From the NCBI GenBank assembly GCA_017654855.1, contig CM030333.1:2294001-2358000 (forward strand): DNA of 64,000 nucleotides. Direction: 5' to 3'. Made by a program: the position numbers and the translations under genes. The stretch is from Podospora anserina. Taxonomy: Eukaryota. The first letter of the stretch is position 1; each line of letters starts with the position of its first letter. Positions 49,953-63,226 of this stretch are shown here, piece by piece. The notes under the pieces were generated by a model. That model saw only the letters and a list, made by a program, of their open reading frames with translations, ran no database searches and was not told the DNA's origin.

Positions 49953-51180
49953 GGTGTGGAGGTGTTCCAGAAGCAACAGTTGAGATTCTTCGGAGGGTGA
50001 GCTGCGTCGCAAAGTCTGAGTGTCAGGATGCTAATGATAACCACTCCAGTTGCATACATAGAATGTGCCCGCAAGAGGCAGCGAGGCTCTGTCAATCAAT
50101 TAATCCACATGTCAGAAGCAGGACGGAAACGCGAAGCCTTGCTTGCTGCACGTCAACGAGCTCCAGCTTGGCACTCCGATTATTGTGGGGCCACGGACAA
50201 TCACCCGCAACCCACCGTGCCCACCCAACCCACAGTGGACCCTACCCGTCAGCGGCGGCGCCCGCTTTTAAGCAGCGAGGGTCTGTCTGTTCTGGCGGTT
50301 GATGAGATCCGATATGGATGTCTCTGCACATGCTGAGGTTGTGCAAACTACTCCTAATATGTCTCCAACTAGCACCATTTCAGCTGCCTTGAAGACAATG
50401 GTGGCGGCAATGATCCCCATGCCCATCGGAGGCTCAGGAGCAAACGTACCGGTGGCCGTGGACAACTTATCAGGCTGATCTACCACGGACACGTCGTGGT
50501 TTATTACCGCGCCCGTCTTTGGGCATCTTTGGTGTTCTAGTTATCCACTAGAAAGCGGGATAGCGACTCTAAGACCACCGTTGGAAATGAGCACCCCCCG
50601 TGACAAACGGGGACCAGGAAATTGCCAACAAAAATAGACGCCTGGCGGGGTTACCTACGGAGTACCTACCTTACTCAACCTCAACTGTCACCTCCGGTCT
50701 GCTGTTGCTGCTTGCTCCTTTGGGGACAGAGTGATGAGAACAGACTCGGAAACAGAGAGCATCAAGTTGAAACAACATTTATCCCTCGCAACCACGCAAC
50801 CTAAGGAGGGAGTTGGTTGAAGAAGGGGAAGGAAAAAGCGCGGGGTTGAAGAACAGGGTTCACCACCCACCCGCACAGGCCACCGCATGGCCCCTGTCTG
50901 AAAATATCCAGGGGCTGGTTTGGGCTAGGCCAGTTTCAGACCAGCGAACCCCCTTTGTCGACCCGTCCAGAGGCTCATCGGCTCATCGCACACTCCTCCA
51001 TTCCTTATCGATTCTGAGAGATCCAGGGTGGTCCCCAGCTTCGCGTTCATTTTGTTATCCAGCCCGACAGAGAGCATCCCGGAGGTGTTTTGTGTTTTCG
51101 CAGGCCTTGCATCATTCTTTCCTTTTTCAAAAGAGACACCTATCAATGTTCCTCTTCTGTATGTCCACTGCTTGAGGTTC

Positions 51181-51204
51181 GCTGCTGCTGCTGCTGCTGC
51201 TGCT
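51181..51204. repeat. (GCT)8 microsatellite upstream of the formin
   Basis: gctgctgctgctgctgctgctgct. Confidence 0.85.
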
Positions 51205-51545
51205 GTTGGAAAAAGCTTAATGCTAAACAGTGCCGGTTTATGCCACACAGAAAGACAACCTACCACCCCCGGCTCTGCGAATCGCGGAATACAACCCCGG
51301 CCGCTTCCCACAAGAACATGAATGATGCGATGCGCTCTTGGTTTGAGACACCGAGTCCATTGACGACGCCTTCCATCTTCTCCCGAGCCGACCCACTGCT
51401 GCCTCAGCATTGATCGAATTGCTCCAAGAGCTTCCCTTTTCCCAGTTTCCACATCTAGCTTGCTTGAGCTTCAGCCTCTAGCCGCAACCGAACGGCTGTT
51501 TCACGCCGTACCATCCATCCGGCGAACGACGACGACGACCACGCC

Positions 51546-54500
51546 ATGTCATCCCACGACAAGGCGAGGGCTTCCAGCGGGAAGGCCTCGTCCTTCTTCC
51601 ACCGATCCAAGAACAAGGTCGACAAGCGAACCACGGCCAACGATGCCCAATACTTGGCCACCGACAACGACGGTGCCAGCTCTGTACACTCGCGCAGCTC
51701 GCGCCACCAACGAGAGTCCTCGGTCATCTCTCTCGATCGCCCAGACTCATCCGGCTCCGGCATCAATAACATGGCCGGAGTCATGACCACAATCCCATAC
51801 GATGCCGTCCCGAGCGGCCGCCGCTCGCCCGTTCCCGTGGAATATCTCCCACAAGGCGATCAGATGCCCATTCGACTTCAACCGCACCACTTAAACAAGG
51901 CCACCAGCGATTTTCATCAGTACCCAACTTTTGATACCCCTCAGCATGCTTCTAGTCCTAACCTCAGCACACCGCGCGTGCCCGCACACGCCTCTCCGAG
52001 CATATCTAATATCACAATGGCTACCACAGGCCGCCAGGCCCAATTTCAACAATGGGGACCGCCGCGAGAGGGCGGAAGTTCCAACAATTCCCGCTACAAT
52101 TCATACATGACGACCACAACCAGGAGCTCTGGAGACAACGCAAGCATCATGTCAGGTAATACAGGATCCTACCATGACCAGGCCCAGGCCCAAGGACACA
52201 ATCGCTCATCAAGAACAGCTTTGCCCAGCGCCTCTTCGCAGTCTTCCTTTTTGTCGCCGCACTCCCCCGCTCCCAGGGACGCCCGCAATACCAAGTTCCC
52301 GTCCGGATTCCAGAACAGCGACGGTTTCCAGTTTCCAAGGCCCACCGACGAATCGATCATCGAGCAAATGTTCCTTGCGCTCATGCAAAAAAGAGGATGG
52401 CACAATCTTCCGGACCAGGCCAAACGACAGATGGTGGCATACCCAGCCGACAAGAAATGGACCCTCATCTACCAGGACCGGCTTGCCGAGTGGCAGGGCG
52501 ACCAGAAACGGAGACAGACCGCCAGGACAGGTCAGTATAGCAATGTTGATCTGACCCAGCTGCCAGACGAAGAGGGAAGCCCCGAATGGTACGTGCGCAA
52601 GGTTATGGAAAATGCGCTTGACTCGAAGGGCTTGGGCAGTTTGGAGGTCAACCTGCGGACGCAGCAGATCGGCTGGGTGAAGCGGTTTATCGAGTGCCAG
52701 GGTCAGGTTGCTTTGACGAACGTGCTGCTCAAGATCAACCGGAGGACGGTCAACGGCCCGACTCAGGACTCTGGAAAGGGCGACAAGAACCTCGACAAGG
52801 AGTACGACATTGTCAAGTGCCTCAAGGCGTTGATGAACAACAAGTTTGGAGCGGAAGATGCGCTGGCCCACCAGCAGGTCCTTGTGGCCTTGGTTGTGTC
52901 TCTGATATCGCCTCGGCTGACGACCCGGAAGCTGGTCAGCGAAGTGTTGACCTTTTTGTGCCATTGGAACGAGGGCAAGGGGCAGCTCAAGGTGATTGAG
53001 GCGATGGACGTGGTCAAGAATCAGCAAGGAGAAAACGGGAGATTTGATGCCTGGATGCGCCTTGTGGAGGTCACCATTGATGGGCGGGGCAAGATGGGCA
53101 GCTTGGTCGGCGCGAGCGAGGAGGTGCGCAGCGGTGGCATTGGCATGGAGAACCTGCTGATGGAATACGCCGTGGCCACGCTCATCTTGATCAACATGTT
53201 CATCGACGCCCCTGAAAAGGACCTCCAGATGCGTGTGCATATCCGTGCGCAGTTTACGGCATGCGGCATCAAGCGGATGCTGAACAAGATGGAGGCGTTT
53301 CAGTACGACCTCATCGACAAGCAGATCGAGAGGTTCCGAACCAACGAGGCCATTGACTATGAGGATATGTTTGAGAGGGAGAACAGCAGTATCAAGGACA
53401 GCGTGGAGGGGGAAGTCAGGGACCTCAATGACCCAGTACAGATTGTTGACGCTATTCAGCAGCGGCTGAAGGGGAGTAAAACGCAGGATTACTTCATCTC
53501 GGCTTTGCAGCATTTGCTTCTAATCAGGGAGAATGATGGCGAGGAACGGTTGCGCATGTTCCAGCTGGTGGATGCCATGTTGAGTTATGTGGCTATGGAT
53601 CGGCGTCTGCCGGATATGGACCTGAAGCAAAGCCTGAATTTTACTGTGCAAAACCTTCTCGACAAGCTGCATACCGACTCGGAAGCTCGACAGGCTTTCG
53701 ATGAAGCTACTGAGCAACGGCGCATTGCCGAGGCTGCCCTGGCAGAGCGCGATGAGCTTAGAGAAAGGATAGCGATGGGCGCCGATGGCCTCGTGGCCAA
53801 GCTTCAGAAGCAGATTGATGAACAGGCCAGGTTTATCGATGCTCAAAGACGACAGGCCGAGGGTCTCAAGTCTGAGATGGATAACCTCCAGACGCTCAGA
53901 GCGAAGGAGGCCCAGCGTTACGAGTTGGAAACACGCGAGCTGTATCTCATGCTTCGCGATGCCCAGGATGTTGCTGCTTCCAACGCTGCCAAGGGTAGCA
54001 AGCTCGGGGAGGAGGATCCAGCTGCCATGCAGGGCATTTTGGATCGCGAGAGGCTCATGAGCCGTCTTCAGATGCAGCTTGAGCGGCAAAAGACGGTGTA
54101 TAAGCTGGAAGGCAGAGTCTGGGGAGAGTCTGTGGGTCCATCAGACAGACTACGTGCTCTGCGTGAGGAGATGGATGGCTTTGGCGGTGCGGCTGATCAT
54201 CCTGACGGTCCCGCTCCCAGAGACTTCACCAATAGCATGCTCGGCAGTGTCAAGAGGTCAACCAGGATACCGCGGAAACCTCTTGGACCTCGTGGTGAGC
54301 GGCAAGCGACAGAGGATGACGTACTGGAAGAGGATATCAATGAGGAAGATGATGCCATCATTATCGAGAAGCCTCGCCTGGTTGAGTACAAGCGGCCTGT
54401 ATTGGATCCCAAGAAGGCTGCTGGCATGTTCAACGAGCTCCAGGGCAAGGTGCAGCGATACGATGCCAGTGACTCCGAAGACAACGATGGCATCACTACC

Positions 54501-57036
54501 GGTCCCTCCCATCCAAGCTTGGAGGCACAGGCTCCTGCTACTCCCAGCGACAATGAGCCGCCCAAGATTCGGATCACGGACACCACACCAGCGGCTCCTG
54601 CTACTCCCGGCCCGGCTGCTGGCGGTCCTCCACCACCGCCTCCTCCCCCCCCCCCGCCCATGCCCGGGAGACTTCCGGGAGCTCCTCCACCAATTCCAGG
54701 TGCTGCTCCTCCAGCAGCCGGCGGCCCTCCTCCGCCGCCTCCACCGCCGCCTCCCCCCATGCCTGGCAAACTGCCCGGTGCTCCCCCTCCGGTGCCGGGT
54801 GCTGGTGGGCCACCACCTCCTCCTCCGCCACCTCCCCCTCCTCCCATGCCCGGCACGGGCGGCATGCCTCCTCCGCCGCCACCGCCCCCGCCTATGCCTG
54901 GTATGAAGGGTATGCCGGCACCTCCACCACCGCCCATGCCTGGTGGAATGTCAGGCCACTTTCTGTCCCGAAACCAGAACCTTGCTCCCGCCGGACCCTC
55001 TCTCGGCTTGTCGATTGTTCGGCCTAAGAAGAAGCTCAAGGCTCTCCACTGGGAGAAGGTCGACTCACCACTCACCACCCACTGGGCCGCCCACACCCCC
55101 TCGGCCGAAGACAGAGAAGAGAAGTACCTGGAGCTTAGTCGCAAGGGCATTCTGGACGAAGTCGAGAAGCTGTTCATGGCGCGAGAAATCAAGGCTCTCG
55201 GAGGAGGGCAGGCCAAGAAGGACGACAAGAAGCAGATCATCTCTAACGACTTGCGTAAGGCTTACGAAATTGCCCTCGCCAAGTTTTCTCAACTGTCTGT
55301 GGAGAAGGTGGTGCAGATGATTATCCACTGCGATCCCGAGGTTCTCGACAACCCGGTCGTGATGGACTTTTTGCAAAAGGAGGACCTGTGCAACATTCCG
55401 GACAGCACGGCCAAGCTGTTGGCGCCGTACAGCAAGGACTGGACGGGGCCCGAGGCGGACAAGGAGACGCGCGAGCAGGATCCGGCGGAGCTGACAAGGC
55501 AGGATCAGATTTATCTCATGACTGCCTTTGAGCTGCATCACTATTGGCGCAGCCGGATGCGCGCCCTGTCGCTGACGCGCAATTTCGAGTCGGAGTATGA
55601 CGAGATCACGGAAAAGATGAGGACCGTGGTTGGGGTCTCGGAGTCGCTTCGGGACTCGGTCGCGTTGATGAATGTTTTGGGGCTGATTCTTGATATCGGC
55701 AATTACATGAACGACGCGAACAAGCAGGCGAGGGGGTTCAAGCTCTCGTCCTTGTCGCGGTTGGCGATGGTGAAGGACGACAAGAACGAGTCGACGCTGG
55801 CGGACCTGGTGGAGAGGATTGTCCGGAACCAGTACCCCGAGTGGGAGAACTTCACGGGGGATATCAACGGGGTGTTGGTGGCGCAGAAGATCAACATTGA
55901 GCAGCTGCAGCAGGACGCGAAGAAGTATATTGACACCATCGCCAGCGTTCAGAGGAGCTTGGACAGTGGGAACTTGTCGGATCCGAAGAAGTTTCACCCC
56001 CAGGATCGGGTCGCGCAGGTTGTGGGACGGTGCATGAAGGATGCGAGGAGGAAGGCGGAGCAGATGGAGGTTTATCTGGAGGAGATGGTCAAGACGTACA
56101 ATGACATTATGGTGTTTTATGGGGAGGATCCGACGGATGAGAATGCCAGACGGGATTTTTTCAGCAAGCTGGCGGGGTTTATTAATGAGTGGAGGAGGAG
56201 TCATGAGAAGAATGAGGCTTTGGAGAGGCAGAGGAAGTTGAATGAGCAGCAGCTGAAGAGGAAGAATGCGGCGATGAAGGCGCTGCAGGATAGAGAGGGG
56301 GGAGGGGGAGGGGGTGGTGGCGGGTTGGCTAGTCCAACCAGTACGGGGGCGATGGATAGTTTGATGGAGAAGTTGAGGGCTGCGGCGCCGCAGGCTAGGG
56401 ATCAGAGGGATAGACGGAGGAGGGCGAGGTTGAAGGATAGGCATCAGGTGAGGGTTGCCAGTGGGCAGAAGCTGCCTGAGCTGGGGAGCGGGGTTAGCGG
56501 GGGGGAGGGGGGGGGTGGTGCTGGGGAGGTGAATGGGGATGGGGGAGGGAGGGTTGGAACGGGTGAAGAGTAATGAGACGGCCGAGGGGGGTGGTGGTGA
56601 GGCTGAGGGTGGTGCTGGGAGGAGAGGCAGCAAACCTGATGTTTTGGTGCCGACGAAGGAAGTCACGGCGGAAAACGACGCAGGAGAAGACGATGTTGCT
56701 CAGCGGGCGGCGTTGTTGCTGCAGGGTTTCAGAGGGGGGGGTGATGGGGTTAATGATGGGGACGATGCGGAAAAGAGGGAGAATTTGAGGAGGTCGAGAA
56801 GGAAAACGGCTGATGATGAAAGGCGGGCGAGGAGGATGAGGAGGGAAAAGGCGCATAGCACGGTCAGCAACGGGGGTGATTCTGCTGCCAGCACGGTTGG
56901 GGATGGGGAGGTTATTGGGGGGGATGTACCGCCTACGCCGAGCGCCGAGGAGTTTGCTGCTGCTGCTGCGGCGGCGGGGGTGGAGTTGACTAGTACGGGG
57001 GGAGGGAATACGGCGAATGGGAATGGAAGTGCGTAG
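51546..57036 (+). CDS. sepA: Formin (SepA/Bni1 type), with an apparent +1 frameshift near 56541
   Basis: GBD/FH3 (LEVNLRTQQIGWVKRF; KCLKALMNNKFG), polyproline FH1, FH2 (RPKKKLKALHWEK; ILDIGNYMN; GFKLSSL) and DAD-like GAMDSLMEKLR. The main ORF stops at TAA 56571-56573, but a protein-like tail (DDVAQRAALLLQGFR…ERRARRMRR) continues in +1 frame to TAG 57034-57036. Confidence 0.9.
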
Positions 57037-58082
57037 GTGTTTTGACTGCTGCTGGGTTGCAAGGTTTTTTCGCGTTGTACATATAACATCATCATACCAT
57101 ACTATCGTAACCATCTTTTTTTTTTTTTTGGTTTGGGATGGAAGAATGATGGTATGGTATGTTACCTACTATAAAAAAAGAGATGGCTGAACGCAAGAAA
57201 TAAAGGGAGATGAGAGGGGAAAGAAACTAGTTTAGCTATATATTGGTGTTGGTGGTGATGTTGTAGTTGGGAGGGATGGATGATGAGTTGGAACCTGGAA
57301 GCATAGCGGGCGAGCAAAGAGGAAAGAATATGAAGATTAATGTGTACTGTGTCTTAATTTGTTTGTTTTGTGGTGTCAAGAGTATGCATGCATGTTTGTT
57401 GTGGTGGTGCCCCCAGGCAAAAGTTGGTGACATGGTGAGATGTTGAGATGTGGAAAGGGGTGATGGGTAATGTTGAAAGGGGTGGGTGGTTTGCTGAGTG
57501 TGGTAGAGGGGGCTTGATGGGCAATGTGGTACGGGGGTGATGTGAAAGGAGAGCAGTGCACCCCTTGATTACCTACCAGGTGGGCAGGCAGGACTTATCG
57601 CCAACTGTGCTGCTACCTTTTACATAGGTATCTCCAGGTCGGTAACAGTCTGGCTGTACAGCAATTGGGGACCTGCTTGATGGAAAGAGGGACCGATGTA
57701 ACGGCATTGTGTTTGAGGGCAACGATTGGCGGAAGAACAGCATCGTTTTTGCTGCTTGAGAGTATTTAGCCGCGAGCCTCTTTTCGTTCCCGTCATGGCT
57801 TGTCCCCTTGCATGCAGGCAGTGACAGTGACAGTTGACCCCTCACTCACCCCAAGCCGGTCGACGACGATGATGTATTCTTCCAGACCGTCTGATTGAGT
57901 TGTCGTCCGTAGCCGGATAGCGGCTAGATGGACAGTCGCAACATGGTTCTCCACGTGGGGGGATGGTCTAGACAGGGAATATATACCCCCAATTGATAGC
58001 CCTCTCCTCAACCACCTGTTATCACCCTCCATTCTCTTTGCTCTCCTCCTTGCCATCCATTTCTTTCAACAACATCAGCATC

Positions 58083-60323
58083 ATGACCTCCACCCCCCCC
58101 AGCCCCCAAGGCCTGAACCTAGGCTACTCGCACCCCCACCCCTTCTCCCTCATTTCACTTTCCACCCGCTCCTCCGTCCAAGCGTTGCTGACCTCCCTCC
58201 TCGACCCCTTGCTGCCATTTTTCTCGCCGCTGAAATCCCGTATCAAGTGCCCGGGCGCCACCGCGGTGAGGTTTGATCAGTCGGCCTCGGAAGTGGAGGG
58301 CATATGCCGCCCGCTGTGGGGGCTTGCGTGCTTGCTGGCGGGAGGGGGGGGGTATCATGCGGCAGAGTACTGGGTGGAGGGGATAAGAAACGGGGTTGAT
58401 CCCGAGGGGGAGGAGTATTGGGGGTATCCGAGGGATAATGACCAGAGGATGGTGGAGATGTGCCCTTTGGGGTTTGCGCTTGCCGTGGTGCCAGGGATAT
58501 GGGAGGGGTTGGGAGATAAGGGGAGGAGGGATCTGGAGAGTTGGTTGGGGAATAGTATCAATGAGAAGAAGTAAGTCTTGCCTGCTCTGGGATGAGAAGG
58601 TAGGGAGAAGGGGGAGGGGGGGGCTGACGCCTAGGGTACCTACAGCATGCCGGACACGAACTGGTTGTGGTTTAGGGTTTTTGCGAATCTTGGGCTGAAG
58701 AAGAATGGGGGAAAGTATAGCCAGGAGAGGTTGGATAGGGATGTTGAGCATCTGGAAACTTTTTACAGAGGGGATGGATGGAGTAATGACGGGCCAAAGG
58801 GGATTCATCGTTTGTTTTCCCTCCCTCGCTCAAACCCGGCAAACATGACTGACGGATGTTGAAAACAGAAATGGACTACTACTCCTCCTCCTTCGCCATC
58901 CACTTCCTCCAACTCCTCTACGCCAAACTCGCCGGCCACGACGAGCCCGCCCGCGCGGCCGAGTTCAAGAAGCGGGCGCAAATGGCCGCCCTCGACCTAG
59001 CTCACTATTACGACACAGAAGGCCGGTCCATCCCCTTTGGCCGGTCGGTAGGCTACCGCTTTGCCATGGTCTCCTTCTGGGGAGCGATTGCCTACGCCGA
59101 TGTTGAACTCCCGAAACCGCTGACGTGGGGGATGGTGAAGGGGATTGTGATGAGACATCTCCGGTGGTGGCAGACGCAGGCTGACATGTGGAGCAGCAGC
59201 GGGACGTTGACGATTGGGTATAGTTATCCGAATATGTACATGGCTGAGAATTACAACAGTCCTGGGTCGCCGGTGAGTCTTGTTTCCCCCCCTTTTTTTT
59301 TTTTTTTCCTTTTTTTTTTTTTTGACAAGAGACCAAAAAGGTTGATAATATGGGGAACAGTACTGGGCTTGTCTGGCGTTTATCTGTCTCGCCGTCCCCG
59401 AGACGCACCCCTTTTGGACTTCGGAAGAACAAGACCACTGGGGTGTGCTGCCCCCGGTGAAGGCTCTGCCTCAGCCGGGCCACATCATGGTCAGCCTCGG
59501 AACACACACCTTCCTCCTCTCCTCCGGCCAAGCCTGCTCCTACCCCATGAAAGGCACCCACGCCAAATACGGCGGCTTCGCCTACTCGTCCTCCTACGCC
59601 TACTCCGTCCCCCCCGGGCTCTTCACACTGGAGCAATACGCCCTAGCCTCCCAACTCGGCCTTTCCGACGACGGGGGCGAGTACTGGAAAACCAGACGGC
59701 TGTCAGCCTCCCAGCTCAAAACAGCACCAGATGGGACCCCGTTCCTCATCTCAGAGTGGAAGCCTTTTGTGGATGTCCACGTCAAGACGTATCTCCTTCC
59801 GCCTGTTCCAGGAGCGACGGAGAACTACCATTTCCGGGTTCATCACATCTGGGCCGAGGGAAGGGAGGTCATGACGGCTGATGGGAGTTTTGCCATCTGC
59901 AATGAGTCGACGCTGCGGGAGTCAAAGGGGCGGTATTTGGATTTGTGGGATGAGTCCAAGGGGGAGGGGACGAGTCCAAAGCTGATTGGGAATTATGATC
60001 TTGCTACTCCTGAGGCGTGGGCAGACGGCCAAAAGGGGGCGTTTGCGGTTCATAAGACCAAGGGTGCGGTCGGGATCAGGGCTTTGGAGGGCGGGAGTAT
60101 AAGGAAGGCGAACTTGGTGAATGCCGACCCCAACAGCAACCTGGTCGAGAGCAGGACTGCTATCCCGACGTTGCAGGGGACGGTGAAGAAGGGGGAAAAG
60201 GTTTGGTATGTCGGTGGGATTTATGCCCGCCCGGGCGGGAAGCCAGAGGAATTTCTGAGCGGGTGGGACAAGATTCCCGAGCTGCCGGGGTGGCTGAAGG
60301 AGGAGATTGAAAAGTCATCTTGA
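58083..60323 (+). CDS. DUF2264-family protein
   Basis: [104 protein letters not shown]. Three introns. Confidence 0.8.
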
Positions 60324-60479
60324 GGTCCGAGTCGGGTAATGAAGTTATGATTTGAAAAGTAACAAGAACGCTAGGTGGTTGAATGAACCAGATTATGCAA
60401 ATATGCAAGAGATACGTGTGAATCCCCTTGTTGAATGCTCATGTGCCCCCTTTTTCAGTTTTCGAGACCAAGAATCCAC

Positions 60480-61870
60480 TCAGGAAGCCTTTGCAAAGTC
60501 ATGGATAAACTTGGCCAGCTTCTCGGCGCCTTCCAGAGGGATGGAGTTGTAGTTGGAGGCACGGATGCCGCCGACGCTGCGGTGGCCCTTGAGACCAGTC
60601 AAGCCCAAGACGGTGGCAGCCTTGAGGAAGCTCTTTTCGGTCTCGTCTGTGTCTCCGTTCTGGGGTTCAGAGTTAGCATCAAGCTTCTTGGTCAACTCAT
60701 GGGAAGCTAAAACTCACCTTTGTCACCCTAAAGCAAATGTTCATCTTTGACCTGACGGTCTTGTCAGGAACAATGCGGTACACATCTGGGTGGGCCTCCA
60801 GAGCGCCGTAGATGAGAGAAGCCTTCTTCTCAGCAACAGCCTGTTGGCCGTCGACCTTGTCGGGGTAGGTGTTGAGGAGCTTCTTGAGCACCTGACCGGC
60901 AATGTAGACGCTGTCTTCCGTCAGTACGCTCTCAGGGATGGCTGGGTAACAGGCATACTCACTCAAAGATGCTCAGAGTGTTGTACAAGCTGTTGTTTTT
61001 GGCAACAATCTCGTACTGCAAGATGATGGGGGGAATTGGCAAGCCGAGCTTCCTGAGAAGGGGAGCGCTGGGCTGGACCGCGTGAGGGGGGAGGAAGCTC
61101 TTCTTGAGGATGGCAACAGTGACACCAGTAGAGCCGAGGTTTTTTTGGGCACCAAAGAAGATGAGAGAGTAGTTGTTGACTGGGATGCGGCGGGACAGAA
61201 TGTTGGAGGACATGTCAGCCACTACGATAGGACCGTTTCCGTTGGCATCAGGGGTGAGGACCAAAGGGAAGGCCGGGAACTCGACGCCGTCGACTGTCTC
61301 GTTGTCGCAGAAGTAGACATAGGCGGCGTCCTTGCTGAGCTTCCATGTCGACTCATCGGGAATCTTGCCAAACTTGCCATCGTTGATGGTGCGGGCGTCA
61401 GCAACGAGGTTGACATACTCGGGGCCCAAGAGTCTTTGAGCTTCTTGGTAAGCCTTGAGGGACCAGCCACCGGTGACGATGTAATCGACCTTGAGCTCTG
61501 TCTCGACCTTCTTGCGGAGAGCAGCCAGGATAGCCTCTTCATCATCACCGAGCTCCTTCTCGAGAGCGGCGTGTTGTCTGCTCACCCAGGCGCCAACAAG
61601 GTTGTAGACTGAGGCGGCGAACTCTCCGGTACCACCGGCTTGCATGAAGATGACCTCATAGTTCTCGGGAGAGAACTCGAGGTAGTTAGCCAGGTCGGCC
61701 TTGGCCTCGTTGATGATTTTGGTGGCCAGCTCAGAGCGATGACTGTGCTCGGCGATGCCGAGACCAGTGCCATTGTAGTCGAGGAGGGCCTTGGAGGCAG
61801 CTTCCAGGACGTCGGTGGGAAGGGCGGCAGGGCCGGCGCCAAAGTATGTGATGTCGGCGCGAGAAGGCAT
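60480..61870 (-). CDS. SER1: Phosphoserine aminotransferase
   Basis: [49 protein letters not shown] (PLP lysine), [23 protein letters not shown]. Two introns. Confidence 0.95.
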
Positions 61871-62749
61871 TTTGATGTGTGTCTTGTAGCACAAGAGATT
61901 TATTACAATGACTCTTTCCAAGAGTTCTCTCGTCTTCAGTGGATGGCGGGGCATCTTTCTTTTATGAATGTGGACCCCGCATCGCCCACCTCGCTCACCC
62001 ACTCCCCTGTCCTGTCTGGACCCTAAGCCAGCCAGTAACGCAACATGACAGTAGGCGATCCGAAACCGGGGCTTTTCTGTCAATGGAAAGCTGCCAGAAA
62101 TGACGCGACTCGTGCCTTTTCCCCAGACTTTTACGCAAGTGTTTTACAGGGGGTTAATGTCAGTCGCAGTGGCTTCCCGTGGGGCGTGGGGTTGTTCACA
62201 GGGCACCAGGGGAATCATTGCCTGCCGGAAGAGAACCTTTTCAGAGGGGGTTGAGTGGATGTGGGGGTCTTGCAGCGCCGAGACCGTTTGATGGCGGGGT
62301 TGCTCTCTGTTCATGTTTCTCCAGACATATATCCGCATGAATAGGATGAAAGATGAGCTCAAACCTTGGTGAGTTGGCTGTTATATGTGAGGTAGAGGTG
62401 TAAAGAGTGGAAGACACTCGGCGGTAAACAGCCGGAGTTTGATCTGACATCCGAGGGTTTGCTCACCTTGGTCGAGGGCATAAACAAAGCATATGCGGTA
62501 GAGGTGTGTCGTTGACCGAAAGAGTGTCATTGGAGGAAGATCAATTGTCAAAGAATTGGTAAGGGACATACTTAATCCGCAACATACAACCTACACTCCT
62601 CCAAAGGCATTGGATCTCCAAGTCACCGTTGATATGTCACCCCTGTCGATGACACCCGCTTGAGCCTCATCGTTCTCTCGGGCCCAGACATCTGCCGTGA
62701 TCCACCAGCCGAAGCTTAGGCACCGTTGACTGGCAGGGATGCTTGCTAT

Positions 62750-62781
62750 CACCACCACCACCACCACCACCACCACCACCA
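62750..62781. repeat. (ACC)n microsatellite
   Basis: caccaccaccacc… about 10 units. Confidence 0.85.
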
Positions 62782-63226
62782 ACCTGCTGGGTGGTGCTTG
62801 GTCAGGGGCATAAATAAGTGTTCGGGTCCCTCTCCCGACCTCGGATGAGAAATATTCCCCCAAGTCGTTGGCCTTTAACTTGTCTCGTCCAGTTACCTAT
62901 CACACCGTCACCAGTCTACAATACCCATGAGAGTGGAGCGCTAGACTTATCCGCCAACACTCCCTCCCGCCTTGTTCCTGTCGCTTATTCCACTCCAGCC
63001 GCTGATCGCCTACCATGGCCGACACTCGAAAGCCAGCCGAAGCAGGCCCGGCAAGACACTCTCACGGCGCACCATCAGCTTCGTTCCGTGCGTGTGCCCA
63101 CCTTGTTTTGGATTTAGCTCTACCCCTCTGTCGCTTGTCTTCCTGCCCCGTTGTCCTGTTCCCGAACACGAGCTTCGTCCTGACCCCCACTCATCGCTCA
63201 TCTCACGGTTTGAATTTCATCGTCTA

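Noticed and set aside
54590-54945. Repeated GC-rich units resembling an array
   Set aside because: They encode the polyproline FH1 domain of the formin. Not CRISPR or a mobile element.
19860-57036. Myosin V and formin in the same window as an actin-cable cluster
   Set aside because: They are about 27 kb apart with many unrelated genes between, so there is no evidence beyond coincidence.
57034-57045. Formin TAG-G stop as a stop-loss candidate
   Set aside because: Only two codons follow before TGA, so there is no meaningful extension. The Zn2Cys6 TAG likewise gives only four.
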